Source: Mobula hypostoma (Eukaryota). Taken from it: DNA of 64,000 nucleotides. The notes under the pieces were generated by a model. The model did no database searches. It saw only the letters and a program-made list of their open reading frames with translations, and was not told where the DNA came from. The DNA lies in assembly GCF_963921235.1 (NCBI RefSeq), contig NC_086104.1, positions 41,354,001 through 41,418,000 of the forward strand, read 5' to 3'. The translations under genes were made by a program, and so were the position numbers. This document shows, in pieces, positions 23,744 to 35,994 of the stretch (position 1 is the stretch's first letter; the number at the start of each line of letters is the position of its first letter).

Positions 23744-26700
23744 GTAGGCTATATGGTAAAACTTGCTGTGCCCTTTGACAGCTACTTATTCTCTTAAACA
23801 TGCATAGTGACTGCCAAACTGCAGAGGCAACAGAACATTATTACTTTGAATGCACATTGAATATGACAGATTAATTGAAAATTTAATTCTTCACAAACAC
23901 TGGTAGGCAGTGCTTTATTTCAAGTAATGATTCTGGTGTTAATAATTCAAAATTATTCTTAAAATTTTGTGCTGTAAAATACTGCTGATGCTGAAAATCT
24001 GAAATCCTGTTCGAAGCACTGAGCACATTAAGCAGCACCTACAGAAAATAGAAACATTAGTGATTGACTACCCACTTTCATCAGAATATTATACAGAATT
24101 TTATATATCCTTAGTCTCACAATACATTTATTCAGAATCAGCTCAGAATAGAAAATTGTTAAATCTTCATTGGGTATATTGTAAGAGTTGTGGACAAGGT
24201 TTCTATACATTTGTAAGGCAACATTTTAAATGCATCATGAATGTTGTACTTTTTTCTATGTTACAGATTCTCAATGACAGCAAGATTTAAAATCTCATTC
24301 AGAGTACAATCTCACTGTACACGACGTAGGAAATCCTTTCATGCTTGCCCTTTGTAAAGATTATTTCTGCACAACAATTTTTGTTTAAAACCATGCTATC
24401 TTCTCAGACTTTAATTCTGTATGAAATTTTCAAACACTTTACATTTACATGTATCCTGAAAATCTAGTGATTAATTGAAGGTCACATCTTATTGTAAAAA
24501 GACAATCCTGACAGATTATTTCCTAAACTTGTTCATCAAGCAGGTGGCTAAACACCTGTGTATACAGTAAACTTATTCCAGAGTGAGGGAATCATAAAAC
24601 CTTAGTTTGAATCACTTCAGAGTGAGTTATTGGAGTCACCTGTATTTTTTTGTGGATGATGAACTGGCTTAAACTTTTTCTTGACAACATCTGTTGAGTC
24701 ATTTGCAAGCTACCTCCGGATCAGCTGTATGTCTGGTCTATTAAACTCAAGAGTCTTGTTATTTGATTATGTGTATTTCAATGAGTTGAGGTAAATTTGC
24801 CCTTGGTAACTATATCAAAAACATTTTTCTGAAAGAAGAGTGAGGAAGTTCTTCCTGATATCTTGGCCAATACAAATTTCTCAACCATTACCTCTGAAAG
24901 CAGATTATCTGTCATTTTTTTTTCCAGTCTTGGTTTGTCCTGTGTTTTGTGATATCACACCGGAGGAAATAATGTATCATTTCTTAATGCATGCATTACT
25001 AAATGACAATAAAAGAGGACTATGTGTCTTCATAATCATACCCCTTGCTCTTTGTTGGTTCATGCTGATTATAAGTCGGCCAGCTTTTGCGAATACAAGA
25101 AAATGTGTACAGGAGTATGCCACCTGCCTCACTATTCAAATAAACGTGGTTGATGAGCCTTTAGTCTTCAGCTCCTCTTCTGTGTCTGTTTCCTCCATTT
25201 CCCTTAACTTTCAAAAACTTATTTAAAGTGGAGGTAGATACCTCCAATGATCTGACTTTCAGACATTCAGGGCAGAGAATTTTAGAAATTTACCACTTTT
25301 ATATAAGAAGAATTGACCACCTCTTAATTGTGTAACTGTGTCTCCTTGTTTGGACACATTAGTGGAAACATCTCAACATGTATCTCGTCACATCACTTGG
25401 GATCTGGTATATTTCAATCCCCCCTCATTTTTCCGAGCCCCAAAGAGTACATTTCAAACTTTTTTAGTCTCTTTTGATAAATCGTCCCTCTCATTCCAGG
25501 AATTAGGCTGTGAATCTTTCTTGGATTTCTTCCAGTGCTGCCGTACCCTTTCAGTAAAATAAAGGGAACAAAATTGTCCATAGTACTCCCCCCAGATGTG
25601 GCCTCACTAAGTCTCTTTACAATTGTAACAATAAACTATTTCTTAACTGCACCCCCATCCCCCACTATAAAGGTGTAGCACTTATCTTCTTAATCGTCTG
25701 CTGAATATCTGCTGAACTTCTATGATTGAAGCACCTATAAGTTGTAATCTTGATCTACTTTATGATCTGTGGGACTCGTAACAATGTGAATGACATTACA
25801 CACATGCAACACACTAAGGGCTGGAGGAACTCTGTGCTCAAGCAGCATCTATGAAGGGAAATGTATAGTTGAGTTTTTGGGGTGAAGACCTTTAATCTGA
25901 ACTTGCACAAATGCATGTTTATCTATGTTTTTGTCCATTACTGTGTTTATGAATGTCCCAAATAACAGACAGGAAAATACATTACATACAATACTGACAT
26001 GATTTGCTGCAGAATATATATAATCATAACTACCCAACTTCCACTGAATCGAGGCAAGGCACTTCCCTACAGCATGGAAAGAAAATATCAAGAAATGACT
26101 TGTTTCAAAAATTGGATTTACTCAACATCCATTAACAAATTGTTTTAGTTATGGACCAGATCTTAGTTATGGACAATTATTATTAACAGTAACTATCTGA
26201 TTATATGTAAATTTGAACATATTTGTTGTATCACAGTCGTTTATTGTCTAAAGAGATTAAATTTGTTTGTTGCTTTGTCTGGTGTTATTCTATTGAAGTT
26301 CAAATAAACAGCCTGATGTTATAAATGAGGCTTTAGAAGGAGTCCTGAATTTGTTATTTAGAAATTCATTTTAAGTATTAAGTTCACAACTTCTTATAAA
26401 GTCTCACTCTCAGTCCACTTGGTTACATTACTGAATGACTTGTACTGTGTCTATTTATCTTTTCAAGAGAAAGCCAAGTTGGATGGGCTAAATGTTTTTC
26501 AAAAATAATAATCTTAATGATCACAGGAAATATTTTAAATATGTAATATACCACGGTACATTGCTGTTTAGAGAACTGCTAGTTTGTTCTCTTTTGAATT
26601 TTCATATACTCTAAATTGATCAGATTCTTGTCAAGAATTCACACCATTGGCCCACCAGCATCTGTGTTTTGCCTTTGTTGTCCTTCTGATGTGTCCATGG

Positions 26701-27610
26701 TTTTTAACATGTCTCACCTGTGGACAACTTGTATTAAAAAAAAACAATTATACGCATATTACTTAATACTCCACCAAAGTTGTTTCAAGGTTCATTCAGA
26801 CATATTTATTTTAGGAACAATATTTACAGTTGGATATTTATTGTTGAAAAAGTTTAATAATAAACTTGGGAAGTAATGACGATCGTTTTCTCCCTGCTTT
26901 AGTAGATGGTCGTATTTCCTTCCAGAAGTACAACTTTCACAAGACCAGTAAAGCATTTAGAATGATGGGCAACTTCACAGCTGCATGATGGGTAGCAGCT
27001 TAACTTCAGAGACACTCTGTCAATGCTTTGGATCCTGAATAAAGAATGAAGGAACTGAAATCAACATTTATAATGATTTTAGTCAAAAATGTTATGTCAC
27101 ATTAGAGTTTTATTGGAGTTAGTTACCAGTGATGGCAAGAGATAGGTGTTGTGCAAACTGGTAAACCGAGTTAATTGTCTTATGTATTTTATGTGATAAT
27201 AACAGTGAATCCTTGTTCCTCTGTGGTCTTATAATATGCTCATAACAGGCTTGGCTATGAGCTAATGAAAACTTGGTTAATGCTGCTGGCTCTGTCTTTC
27301 TACATTGCCGTCTATTCCTTCATAATGTGCTATTTGTTGCTTGCTTCAACTGCTTATTGCCAAGAAATAGGTCAAGCACTGACTCAGTGATCTGATACTT
27401 TAAAAACCAGCTTTCTGAACTATTTTTGTCTCTGAATTTCAAATATACTGATTACAACAAGAAAGTCAAAGTTCAGCAGCTAGATTTATTTATGTTCACA
27501 TTATTCTTCATTTCAGACTGTTAATCAAAATCCAAGCCAGAAAATGAATTTTGTAATTGGCCTGGAATTTTCTCACATTGGTTTATGAACATGTGTTTTA
27601 TTTCTAACAG

Positions 27611-27678
27611 TTTATGAGAAAGACCTTGACTCGGAATTTGGATTTGAAAATGGATTCTTCATTTGGGGTTTTAAGAAG
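27611..27678 (+). CDS. HHAT: HHAT internal coding exon (68 nt; xYEKDLDSEFGFENGFFIWGFKK)
   Basis: ttctaacAG acceptor and GTaatt donor, phase 1 to 0. Resembles human HHAT EHEEELDQEFELETDTLFGGLKK (recalled sequence) and joins the next exon in frame. Confidence 0.9.
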
Positions 27679-29164
27679 GTAATTAGATCCATTTAATAAT
27701 TATGTTGGCTTGTCTTTGCAGAAACTATTCTGGTTGTAACTCAAGCTATACTGACAAACCTGGGATACTCAATAACAGATATACATTTGTTCTAAAGTGT
27801 GTTGATTGGTTTATTTAAATGCATTGTTCGGTCATTGTCTTTTGGTATTAATAAGACTAATTTCTTGTAGCTTTTTGTTAGTACACTTGCCTTTGAGTCT
27901 GAGCTTTGCAGATTTAAGCCCTGCTTCAGAGATTTAAGCATTGACTAAAAGGTGACTGTTCAGTACCAAGAAACATTTGCACCCCTGCAGCTACTGTCAT
28001 TTCTTGAAAGGCTCCATGTTCTCTCTCCTGTGATATTAGGAATGCCCTGTCCTATTTTAAGGAAGAGTAAATGAGTGCCAAATGCAATGTTTATCCGTCA
28101 ACCAACATAGTCTACACCTTGCGACCTTGGCTCCTGCTACACTTAAGTATCACTTTGGTCCTTTATAAACACAAGATTAAGTTGTACTTTATCTGTACTT
28201 TGGATATGACTTTATGTTACACACAGGACCTGACTTGCTCAAAACATTAATTAAGCAAAGCACAAAATACAATGATTAGAAGAGTGAAGAAACTTGTAGA
28301 GGTGAAAACGTGGACATCCTCTTCTGAATTTCCAGAATTGGAAAATATATTTAGCCAATACTGAGATGAAATAATTTACAAAGTTTAGACAGGTTGTCAA
28401 ACGTGTATATTCTGAAAAGAATATGAAAGAAATCCCAATCAATGTGCTAAGAGGAACTAATCAATATATGCTAGATGGATTCAGCAACAGCAAACACAGA
28501 CATTTATTTTGTGCTGTTAATTAAGGAAGTATATCCTAAGATGTTACCAGAGAAGAAATCGAGCGTTTATAGACACTGAGCCAAAAGGGAAGTATTAAAG
28601 AGTTGACTAAAAGCTCGGTCATTGCGATGGGTTTTGGAAAGAACGTGTTGGAGCATGTAGTCTAGGAAGTTGAAGGCACATATGTCTAGTGGGATCAGCG
28701 CTTGGAAAATATTGTGAATAAAAACTAATAAATAGTTGATGGAAAAAGTTGTGGATATTTGCTGGATGCTGGAAGAGGCAGTTACATTAAAAAATTCTTC
28801 CACTGATTCAGTTAAAGCTCCTATAAAAATCTATCCTTGGGAAGTTTCAAGTAAACCTGGCTTACATTAATTCCATTTATTTGCAGATTTGATGCCTAAT
28901 TGACCCTGTACTCTCTGCAGAACAAATGCAGTTGTGGAGGAAGGGAACAAAATGGGTCAATATCCAGTATTTATTCTGTGTACTTATCCAATAGCTGCTG
29001 GTAAAAAGTGTGCATGTGCTCAAGAAATTTGGGTGGAAATGGAATCTGCCTTGTCTGTGATGTTGATTATTATTTCCTTTCTGCTGTTCTGGCAAAGAAA
29101 CAAAAATATATTGGTTGTTGCATTTGTATTAAGATATTTCAGAGAACTCATCCTTGTGTTTCAG

Positions 29165-29278
29165 GACCCAACAGACTTTGAATGGAGCTTTTGGACAGAG
29201 TGGGTAAAGAAGTTGTTGCTGTGGACTCTCCTTGGTCACATAATCGTATCACAAGTGTCCAATGCCTTCTTTCCAAAG
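29165..29278 (+). CDS. HHAT: HHAT coding exon (114 nt; DPTDFEWSFWTEWVKKLLLWTLLGHIIVSQVSNAFFPK)
   Basis: tttcAG acceptor and GTttgt donor. Contains the DxTDFEWSFW motif of HHAT/GUP1-type MBOATs; phase 0-0. Confidence 0.95.
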
Positions 29279-29560
29279 GTTTGTATTATTAAAGTGGTAT
29301 TTACTGGATAGCTCAGTGATAGGGTAGGGTGGCACCTTTCTGAGGGGAAAAAAAGCTTTTATAGCTTTGTATATTTTTTCCACTAGCAGGTATGCGATCT
29401 TTTTAACAAAACATAGTGTATATAATGAATTTCAATGTACTATTTCAAAGTGTAAATATTTATATAAGATTAAGCTTAAAGGAAATGAGTTATGTGCTGT
29501 TAATTTGTTAGTAGCTATGAAAATATGCAAATGCATAGAGAGTATGCCCAAAATGTGTGT

Positions 29561-29562
<2 letters not shown>

Positions 29563-29602
<40 letters not shown>
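29563..29602. repeat. (AC)20 microsatellite
   Basis: Read directly; preceded by a short (TG)4. Confidence 0.98.
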
Positions 29603-29605
<3 letters not shown>

Positions 29606-29655
29606 TTATGTTAATTTTTACCAGTGGTGCAGATGGCCTTGCCACAAGAGTGGTA

Positions 29656-30843
29656 TAGTGGCATGCAAAAGTTTGGGCACCCCTGGTCAAAATTTCTGTT
29701 ACTGTGAGTAGCTAAGCGAGTAAAAGATGACCTGATTTCCATAAAGGCATAAAATTAAAAATGACACATTTCTTCAATATTTTAAGCAAGATTACTTTTT
29801 TATTTCCATCTTCTGCCATTTCAAAATAACAAAAAAGGAAAAGGGCTCAAAGCAAAAGTTTGGGCACCCTGCATAGTCAGTACTTAGTAACACCCCCTTT
29901 GGCAAGTATCACGGCTTGTAAACGCTTTTTGTAGCCAGCTAAGAGTCTTTCAATTCTTGTTTGAGGGATTTTCACTTATTCTTCCTTGCAAAAGGCTTCT
30001 GGCTGTGTGAGATTCTTGGGCTGTGTTGCATGCACTGCTCTTTTGAGGTCTATCCACAGATTTTCGATGATGTTTAGGTCGGGGGACTGTGAGGGCCATG
30101 GCAAAACCTTCAGCTTGCGCCTCCTGAGGTAGTCCATTGTGGATTTTGAGGTGTGTTTAGGATCATTATCCTGTTGTAGAAGCCATCCTCTTTTCATCTG
30201 CTTTCATCTTTCATTGGCCTGCTGCGTTCACCAGCAACTTTGATGTGTGTTGCTTGAATTTCCAGCATCTGCAGAATTCCTGTTGTTTTTCTCTTTTCAT
30301 CTTTGGCTTTTTTACAGATGGTGTGATGTTTGCTTCCAGAATTTGTTGGTATTTAATTGAATTCATTCTTCCCTCTACCAGTGAAATGTTCCCCATGCCA
30401 CTGGCTGCAACACAAGCCCAAAGCATGATCGATCCACCTCCATGCTTAACCGTTGGAGAGGTGTTCTTTTCATGAAATTCTGCACCCTTTTTCTCCAAGC
30501 ATACCTTTGCTCATTGCAGTCAAAATGTTCTATTCAAAATGTACAAAGAACATCTAAACAAGCCTGATGCATTTTGGAAACAAGTCCTGTGGACTGATGA
30601 AGTTAAAATAGAACTTATTATTGACCATGCAGGGTGCCCAAACTTTTGCTTCAGGCCCTTTTCCTTTTTTGTTATTTTGAAATTGTAAAAGATGGAAATA
30701 AAAAAGTAATCTTGCTTAAAATGTTAAAGAAATGTGTCATCTTTAACTTCATGCCTTTTGGAAATCAGGTCATCTTTTACTCACTTAGCTATTCACAGTA
30801 ACAGAAATTTTGACCGGGGTGCCCAAACTTTTGTGTGCCACTG
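29656..30843 (-). mobile_element. Non-autonomous Tc1 (IR/DR type), internally deleted and rearranged
   Basis: TA TSD at 29654-29655 and 30844-30845. ~225-bp TIRs ((c>t)agtggcatgcaaaagtttgggcaccc). Minus-strand VKHGGGSIMLW, QQDNDPKH and SPDLNIIENLW. Confidence 0.93.
30200..30290 (+). mobile_element. Short Penelope-like terminal fragment inserted in the Tc1
   Basis: 12-bp TSD CTCTTTTCATCT at 30188-30199 and 30291-30302. Body nearly identical to the reverse complement of 31622-31695. Confidence 0.85.
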
Positions 30844-30904
30844 TATGCAATAAGTTCACAAGGAGGAAACTGAGGCTTAAAATGGCATTTGTTTTTGAAA
30901 TTAT

Positions 30905-31385
30905 AGAGTCATAGAAAAGTACAGCCCAGAAGCAGGTCCATACTAAAACCATTTAAACTGCCTCCTCCCATTGCCCTGCACCGGGGTCATAGTACTCTAT
31001 ACCTCTACTATCTGTGTACCTATCCAAACCTCTCTTAGATGGTGAAATCAAGCTCGCGTGTGCCATTTCTGCTGGCAGCTCATTTCCACACTCTCATGAC
31101 CCTCTGAGTGAAGAACTTTCCCCTCATGTTCCCCTTAAACATTTCACCTTTCACCCCTAACACATGACCTCTGGATGAAATCCCACCCAAAGTCAGTGGA
31201 AAAAGCTTGCATGCATTAACCCTATTATATCCCTCATAATATTGTATACCTCTATCAAATATGCTCTCAATCTTCTACTTTCTAAGGAATACAGTCCAAA
31301 CCAATTCAATCTTTCCTTCTAACTCGGGTCCTCCAGACCTGGCAACATCCTTGTAAGTTTTTTCTGTACTCTTTCAACCTTGTTT
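30905..31385 (-). mobile_element. CR1 3' fragment
   Basis: Same 3' region as the copy at 13361, more diverged. Confidence 0.8.
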
Positions 31386-31719
31386 ATGATTATGACTTCC
31401 AAACTGGATCTCATTACAGTGAAAAATCATACCATTAACTACTTCTAAGGACTGAATAGAGTGAAAGTATTATATAATTTTGAAATCCAGTTTCCAATTG
31501 CTTATTTCTTATATTGTGAAATTATTATTTTAATAATTTATGCTCTTTCACCATAAACTGACAATTAATATTCTATATATTTAACAAATTCTACTGAAAC
31601 AAGTTTGAGTCTTATGGTCGCAAACAACAGGAATTCTGCAGATGCTGGAAATTCAAGCAACACACATCAAAGTTGCTGGTGGATGCAGCGGGCCAGGCAG
31701 CATCTCTAGGAAGAGGTAC

Positions 31720-31755
31720 AGTCGACGTTTCAGGCCGAGACCCTTCGTCAGGACT
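31720..31755 (-). ncRNA. Minimal type I hammerhead ribozyme (antisense to HHAT)
   Basis: Minus strand reads agtc CTGACGA agggtctcggcct GAAA cgTC gact, identical to 32416-32451. Confidence 0.8.
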
Positions 31756-32415
31756 AACTGAAGGAAGAGTTAGTAAGAGATTTGAAAGTGGGAGGGGGAG
31801 GGGGAGATCCAAAATGATAGGAGAATGGGGTGATATACTGCGTCTGGTGCTCCCGATGTGGCCTTCTATATCGAGACCCGACGCATACTGGAAGACCGCT
31901 TTGCTGAACACCTACGCTCTGTCCACCAGAGAAAGCAGGATCTCCCAGTGGCCACACATTTTAATTCCGCATCCCATTCCCATTCTGACATGTCTATCCA
32001 CGGCCTCCTCTACTGTAAAGATGAAGCCACACTCAGGTTGGAGGAACAACACCTTATATTCCGTCTGGGTAGCCTCCAACCTGATGGCATGAACATCGAC
32101 TTTTCTAACTTCCGCTAATGCCCCACCTCCTCCTCGTACCCCATCCGTTATTTATTTATATACACACAATCTTTCTCTCACTCTCCTTTTTCTCCCTCTG
32201 TCCCTCTGACTATACCCCTTGCCCATCCTCTGGGTTCCCCCCCTCCCCCTTTTCTTTCTCCCCGGACCTCCTGTCCCATGATCCTCTCATATCTCCTTTG
32301 CCAATCACCTGTCCAGCTCTTGGCTCCATCCTTCCCCCTCCTGTCTTCTCCTATCATTTGGGATCTCCCCCTCCCCCTCCAACTTTCAAATCCCTTACTC
32401 ACTCTTCCTTCAGTT

Positions 32416-32451
32416 AGTCCTGACGAAGGGTCTCGGCCTGAAACGTCGACT
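32416..32451 (+). ncRNA. Minimal type I hammerhead ribozyme (sense to HHAT)
   Basis: Helix I agtc/gact, core CUGACGA, helix II agg/cct, GAAA, loop-less palindromic helix III (ACGU), GUC cleavage triplet ending at 32447. This is the known Penelope-associated architecture. Confidence 0.82.
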
Positions 32452-32648
32452 GTACCTCTTCCTAGAGATGCTGCCTGGCCTGCTGCCTTCACCAGCAACT
32501 TTGATGTGTGTTGCTTGAGTCTTATGGTTGCTATCTTTCAGCATTATTAAAATATAACTTGCATGCACCGAGACACAAAAGAAGCATGACAATGAGGAAC
32601 GCTTGAATGTATTTTCACAATGGTAATATAAGAATTCTTTCTCTTCAG

Positions 32649-32843
32649 TTTAGGATGTGGTTGTTTATGATCTATGGGATGTTGGCCTGTTTCATTACAG
32701 TTGGCTATAAAGGTCTGGCAGTAATATTGCTGCACTTGCTCATCTCCTTTGCTGTGGCCCAGTTGCGAGTGCCTGTGTTTTCCTGGCTCTGCTCAGTTTT
32801 ACTGCTGTACAGCTTACAAATTGACTCTCTTGGAAGAATTCAG
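32649..32843 (+). CDS. HHAT: HHAT coding exon (195 nt; FRMWLFMIYGMLAC...WLCSVLLLYSLQIDSLGRIQ)
   Basis: Pyrimidine-rich ctcttcAG acceptor and GTaaga donor. Transmembrane segments match HHAT (YGM.AC, ISF.VAQ, WLCS.LLL); phase 0-0. Confidence 0.95.
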
Positions 32844-33640
32844 GTAAGAATGTGAAATATAGGTGTGCAGAAAAGCTGATAAATCTTGATTTTATAGACT
32901 TTCTGAAATCAATAATAAAGCTAATGAACGATTACTTAATTAGTAATTATTGCTTCACTTATTTTGCAGATAATTCTGCAGCTTATAACCTGCTTCCAGA
33001 ATCAGCTGGCCTATTTTTCCATTGTTAATTATAAGCATGCACATAAAACAACAAATTACTTGGAATATAACATGGTGTATTGTTATTGGCTTATTATTGT
33101 CGCAAGAACCAAGCTTGTCTTGCATGCTGTTATACAGATCAAATCATTGCACAGAGCATTAGACCATAAGACCATAAGATATAGGAACAGAATTAGGCCA
33201 CTTGGCCCATTGAGTCTGCTTCACCATTTCATCATGCATTGAGCTAGAACAAGATAATAACAATGCAGAATAAAGCACAAGAGCTTTCAGAAAGAGGCGC
33301 AGTGCAGGTAAGTGATAAAGTGCGAGATCATAACGAGGTAGCTCACTAGAGTCCATCTTATTATACGAGAAGTCCAATTTCATAAGAGTGATATGAAGTG
33401 GAAGAGGTGATTGACAAGTTTAGGTAACGTGCTATTAAATAGGTAATCACAAGGCTTCATGATAGCATTCATTAAAAAAAATACAGAAGCAGAAGAACAG
33501 ACCCTATCCCTTGGACCTACTTCACCATCTTTGTCTTCAGTGTATTAAGTGACTAAGCTTTCGCAACCTTGTAGAATTTCAAAATTTACTTGCCTCTGAG
33601 TGATGATATTCATTTTATCTCTATCTGAATATTTTGCAAT

Positions 33641-33870
33641 AGAGCAATGCACGCAGTGTGCTGGAAGAACTCAATGGGTCAGGCAGCATCTGTGGATGGG
33701 AATAAACAGTCGACGTTTCAGGCTGAGACCCTTCATCAGGATAGAGAACTTCATCTCAGCCCGAACCATCGGCTGTTTATCCCCATCCAGAGATGCTACT
33801 TGAGCTGCTGAGTTCCTCCAGCACATTGTGTGTATTGCTCTAGATTTCCAGTATCCTCAGTACCTCCTGT
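33641..33870. mobile_element. Older Penelope terminal fragments arranged as an inverted pair; minus copy keeps a hammerhead core at ~33708-33742
   Basis: Minus strand ctgatgaagggtctcagcctgaaacgtcgac. The plus copy is degraded (cccgaaccatcggctg...gctgagttcctccagc). Confidence 0.75.
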
Positions 33871-35145
33871 GTCTTTTGAGGCAGTGACCTATGATTCTAG
33901 ATATGCCAACCGGCAGAAACATCAATGCTATATCTACCCTGTCAAGCCTCATAAAGATTTTTCTATGTTTCAGTGAGACCTTTGTTCATTCTTATAACTT
34001 AAAACAGAATAGGCCCAGTCTGCTTAATTCTCCTCATAGTCAAACCACTTATATCAGGAGAGATCTGGTTCCCCTTGTTTGTATATCCCTTAATCTGAGT
34101 CTGTTCAGGCCAACCAGACCTGTGCAAGATATTCCAGTTGAAGTGTGACCAGGAGCCTACGTATATCAAGAAGAGATCTTTATTGTTGTATCAAAACACA
34201 CTTTGTAATAAATGCAAGTGTAACTTTTGCCTGCCTTATCTGTCAGTGATTTAGGTAGAAGGACATCCAGGTGCCTCTGAGTGCTAGCAGCTTTCGATTT
34301 ATTTTTGTCATTTTGGTTTTAATGTGCATTCAATTTTTTTTATTTTAATGTAATGTATATATTGGTTCCAGCCAAGTTCCTGACAATATCTTTAAAACAT
34401 TATTTAATAATTGTGAAATATTAAAAATATTTGAATTTGGATAAAAACACTTTTTTGTTTCTAAGTATGGGAGGTTTTGTTTTTCTTGAAAACATTATGC
34501 AAATTGATAATCTGTTAAGTAGCACAATTTGTTTATCTTATTCAGAAAGACAGTTGTTATTGATCTGGCTGAGTACACAGTTCTTTAATAATTTACCTTT
34601 CTGTTTCTTGGCAGTGTTCTTTACTGTATAGAGTAAACTTCATTTTGCATTTCCTGTCATAGTAGAACGAATGCCTGTCATAAGCCCTAGAGTTTACCTT
34701 CAGCTGTACATCCATGTTTGCTGTCATTATAAACTAAACTGTGAAATGTTTGCAAAATGTTTGGGCGCAAGTGGCAGATTGGATCATAATCCAATTTAAT
34801 TTATCTATTATGGTAAAAAGAATAGTAAAACTGAAGGTGAGACGAATTTGTCATTAATTGGATTGCAGAGATCATAAATATTTATTAGAAAATACACATC
34901 AAGTGATGGGGAAAACAAGTAGTCTGTTGGCCCTTACTCAAGATGCTTGGTTATTAAGGGTAAGGAAAATTTGTTACACTATATATGACTTTGGGCCCAT
35001 GGATAAGTATAGCACATAGTTTCTCTCACCTTGCCCAAGGAAGAATATGGAGTGGACGGTGCTGGGAGTGTAAACCAAAAGTTTTTAGATGATTCCTCGA
35101 GTTTTGTGAGAGGAGGTTGAGTTGAATGAGTCTTTATTTTCCTCA

Positions 35146-35480
35146 AGTTTAAGTTCAAGTTTATTGTCATTCAACCATATATGCGTAGACCGCCAAACAA
35201 AACAACAGTTTCCAGACCAAGCTGAACAGCACAGTACATATAACCCACACACAATGCATAAAGTAATATTAACACAAATTGACAAATAATAAGCTGTATT
35301 TAGTACGAGAATGCTACGGGCGCTTCATACGTGATAAGATCTGGGTGGTGGCAGAGCATTCAGTCGTATCACAGCCTAGGGGAAGAAGCTGTTTCCCATC
35401 CTAACAATTCTCCTAATGCGATGATACCTCCTTCCTGACGGTAGGGAATCAAACAGATTGTTGGACGGATGTGACGGTTT
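35146..35480 (-). mobile_element. Rex1/Babar 3' fragment
   Basis: Minus strand ctaccgtcaggaaggagg...aacagcttcttcccc plus a (acttga)-like tail. Confidence 0.65.
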
Positions 35481-35994
35481 TCTGTGATTAAGCTTTAAAA
35501 GGTGATCTCACTGAAACATAAAATTCTTGGTAGGTAGGATAGGTTCATAACAACCCTTTTTCTGGGTGAAGAATCTGTAATTACGATTACTAGCTCACAG
35601 TAAGGGGATAAATGTTGAGTACTAAGAAAGTTGGGATATGGCTACAATGGGTAAGTGGAGTGTGTATGGAATTACATCTGTGGACTAATTGAATGAAGGA
35701 CCAAGCTCAATGACATTATGGACCACTGTTTCTTTTAGGTGCTTGTGTTTTATGTGAGCAGTAATTTATAATTAATTTGTGTATGGAAATGTTTTGAAGA
35801 ATGCAGATAGATTATAAGTGCATTCCTGGTTCATACTTGCGTTTTATATTAAACAGATAACCTATATATATATAATAATAGTAATTTTAATTAGATATCT
35901 GTGTGTATTCAGAATTAGAAGAAATGGAGGCCTAGTGATGTAGCTTTCAGTATTTTGACTGGACGTCTGAAGTTCATTTTACTACAGTTGTTAT

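Larger units (their letters stand above)
31619..32514 (+). mobile_element. Penelope-like element: inverted 5' pLTR, GIY-YIG C-terminus, then 3' pLTR
   Basis: 14-bp TSD TTGAGTCTTATGGT at 31605-31618 and 32515-32528. GIY-YIG tail YIETRR.LEDRFAEH...VATHFN...EEQHLIFRLGSLQPDGMN; ~170-bp inverted repeat. Confidence 0.92.

Noticed and set aside
28934-29311. 125-aa ORF as a standalone gene or extended exon
   Set aside because: Only 29165-29278 resembles HHAT and is bounded by AG/GT; the rest is open intron. The same applies to ORFs 32607-32855 and 42132-42491.
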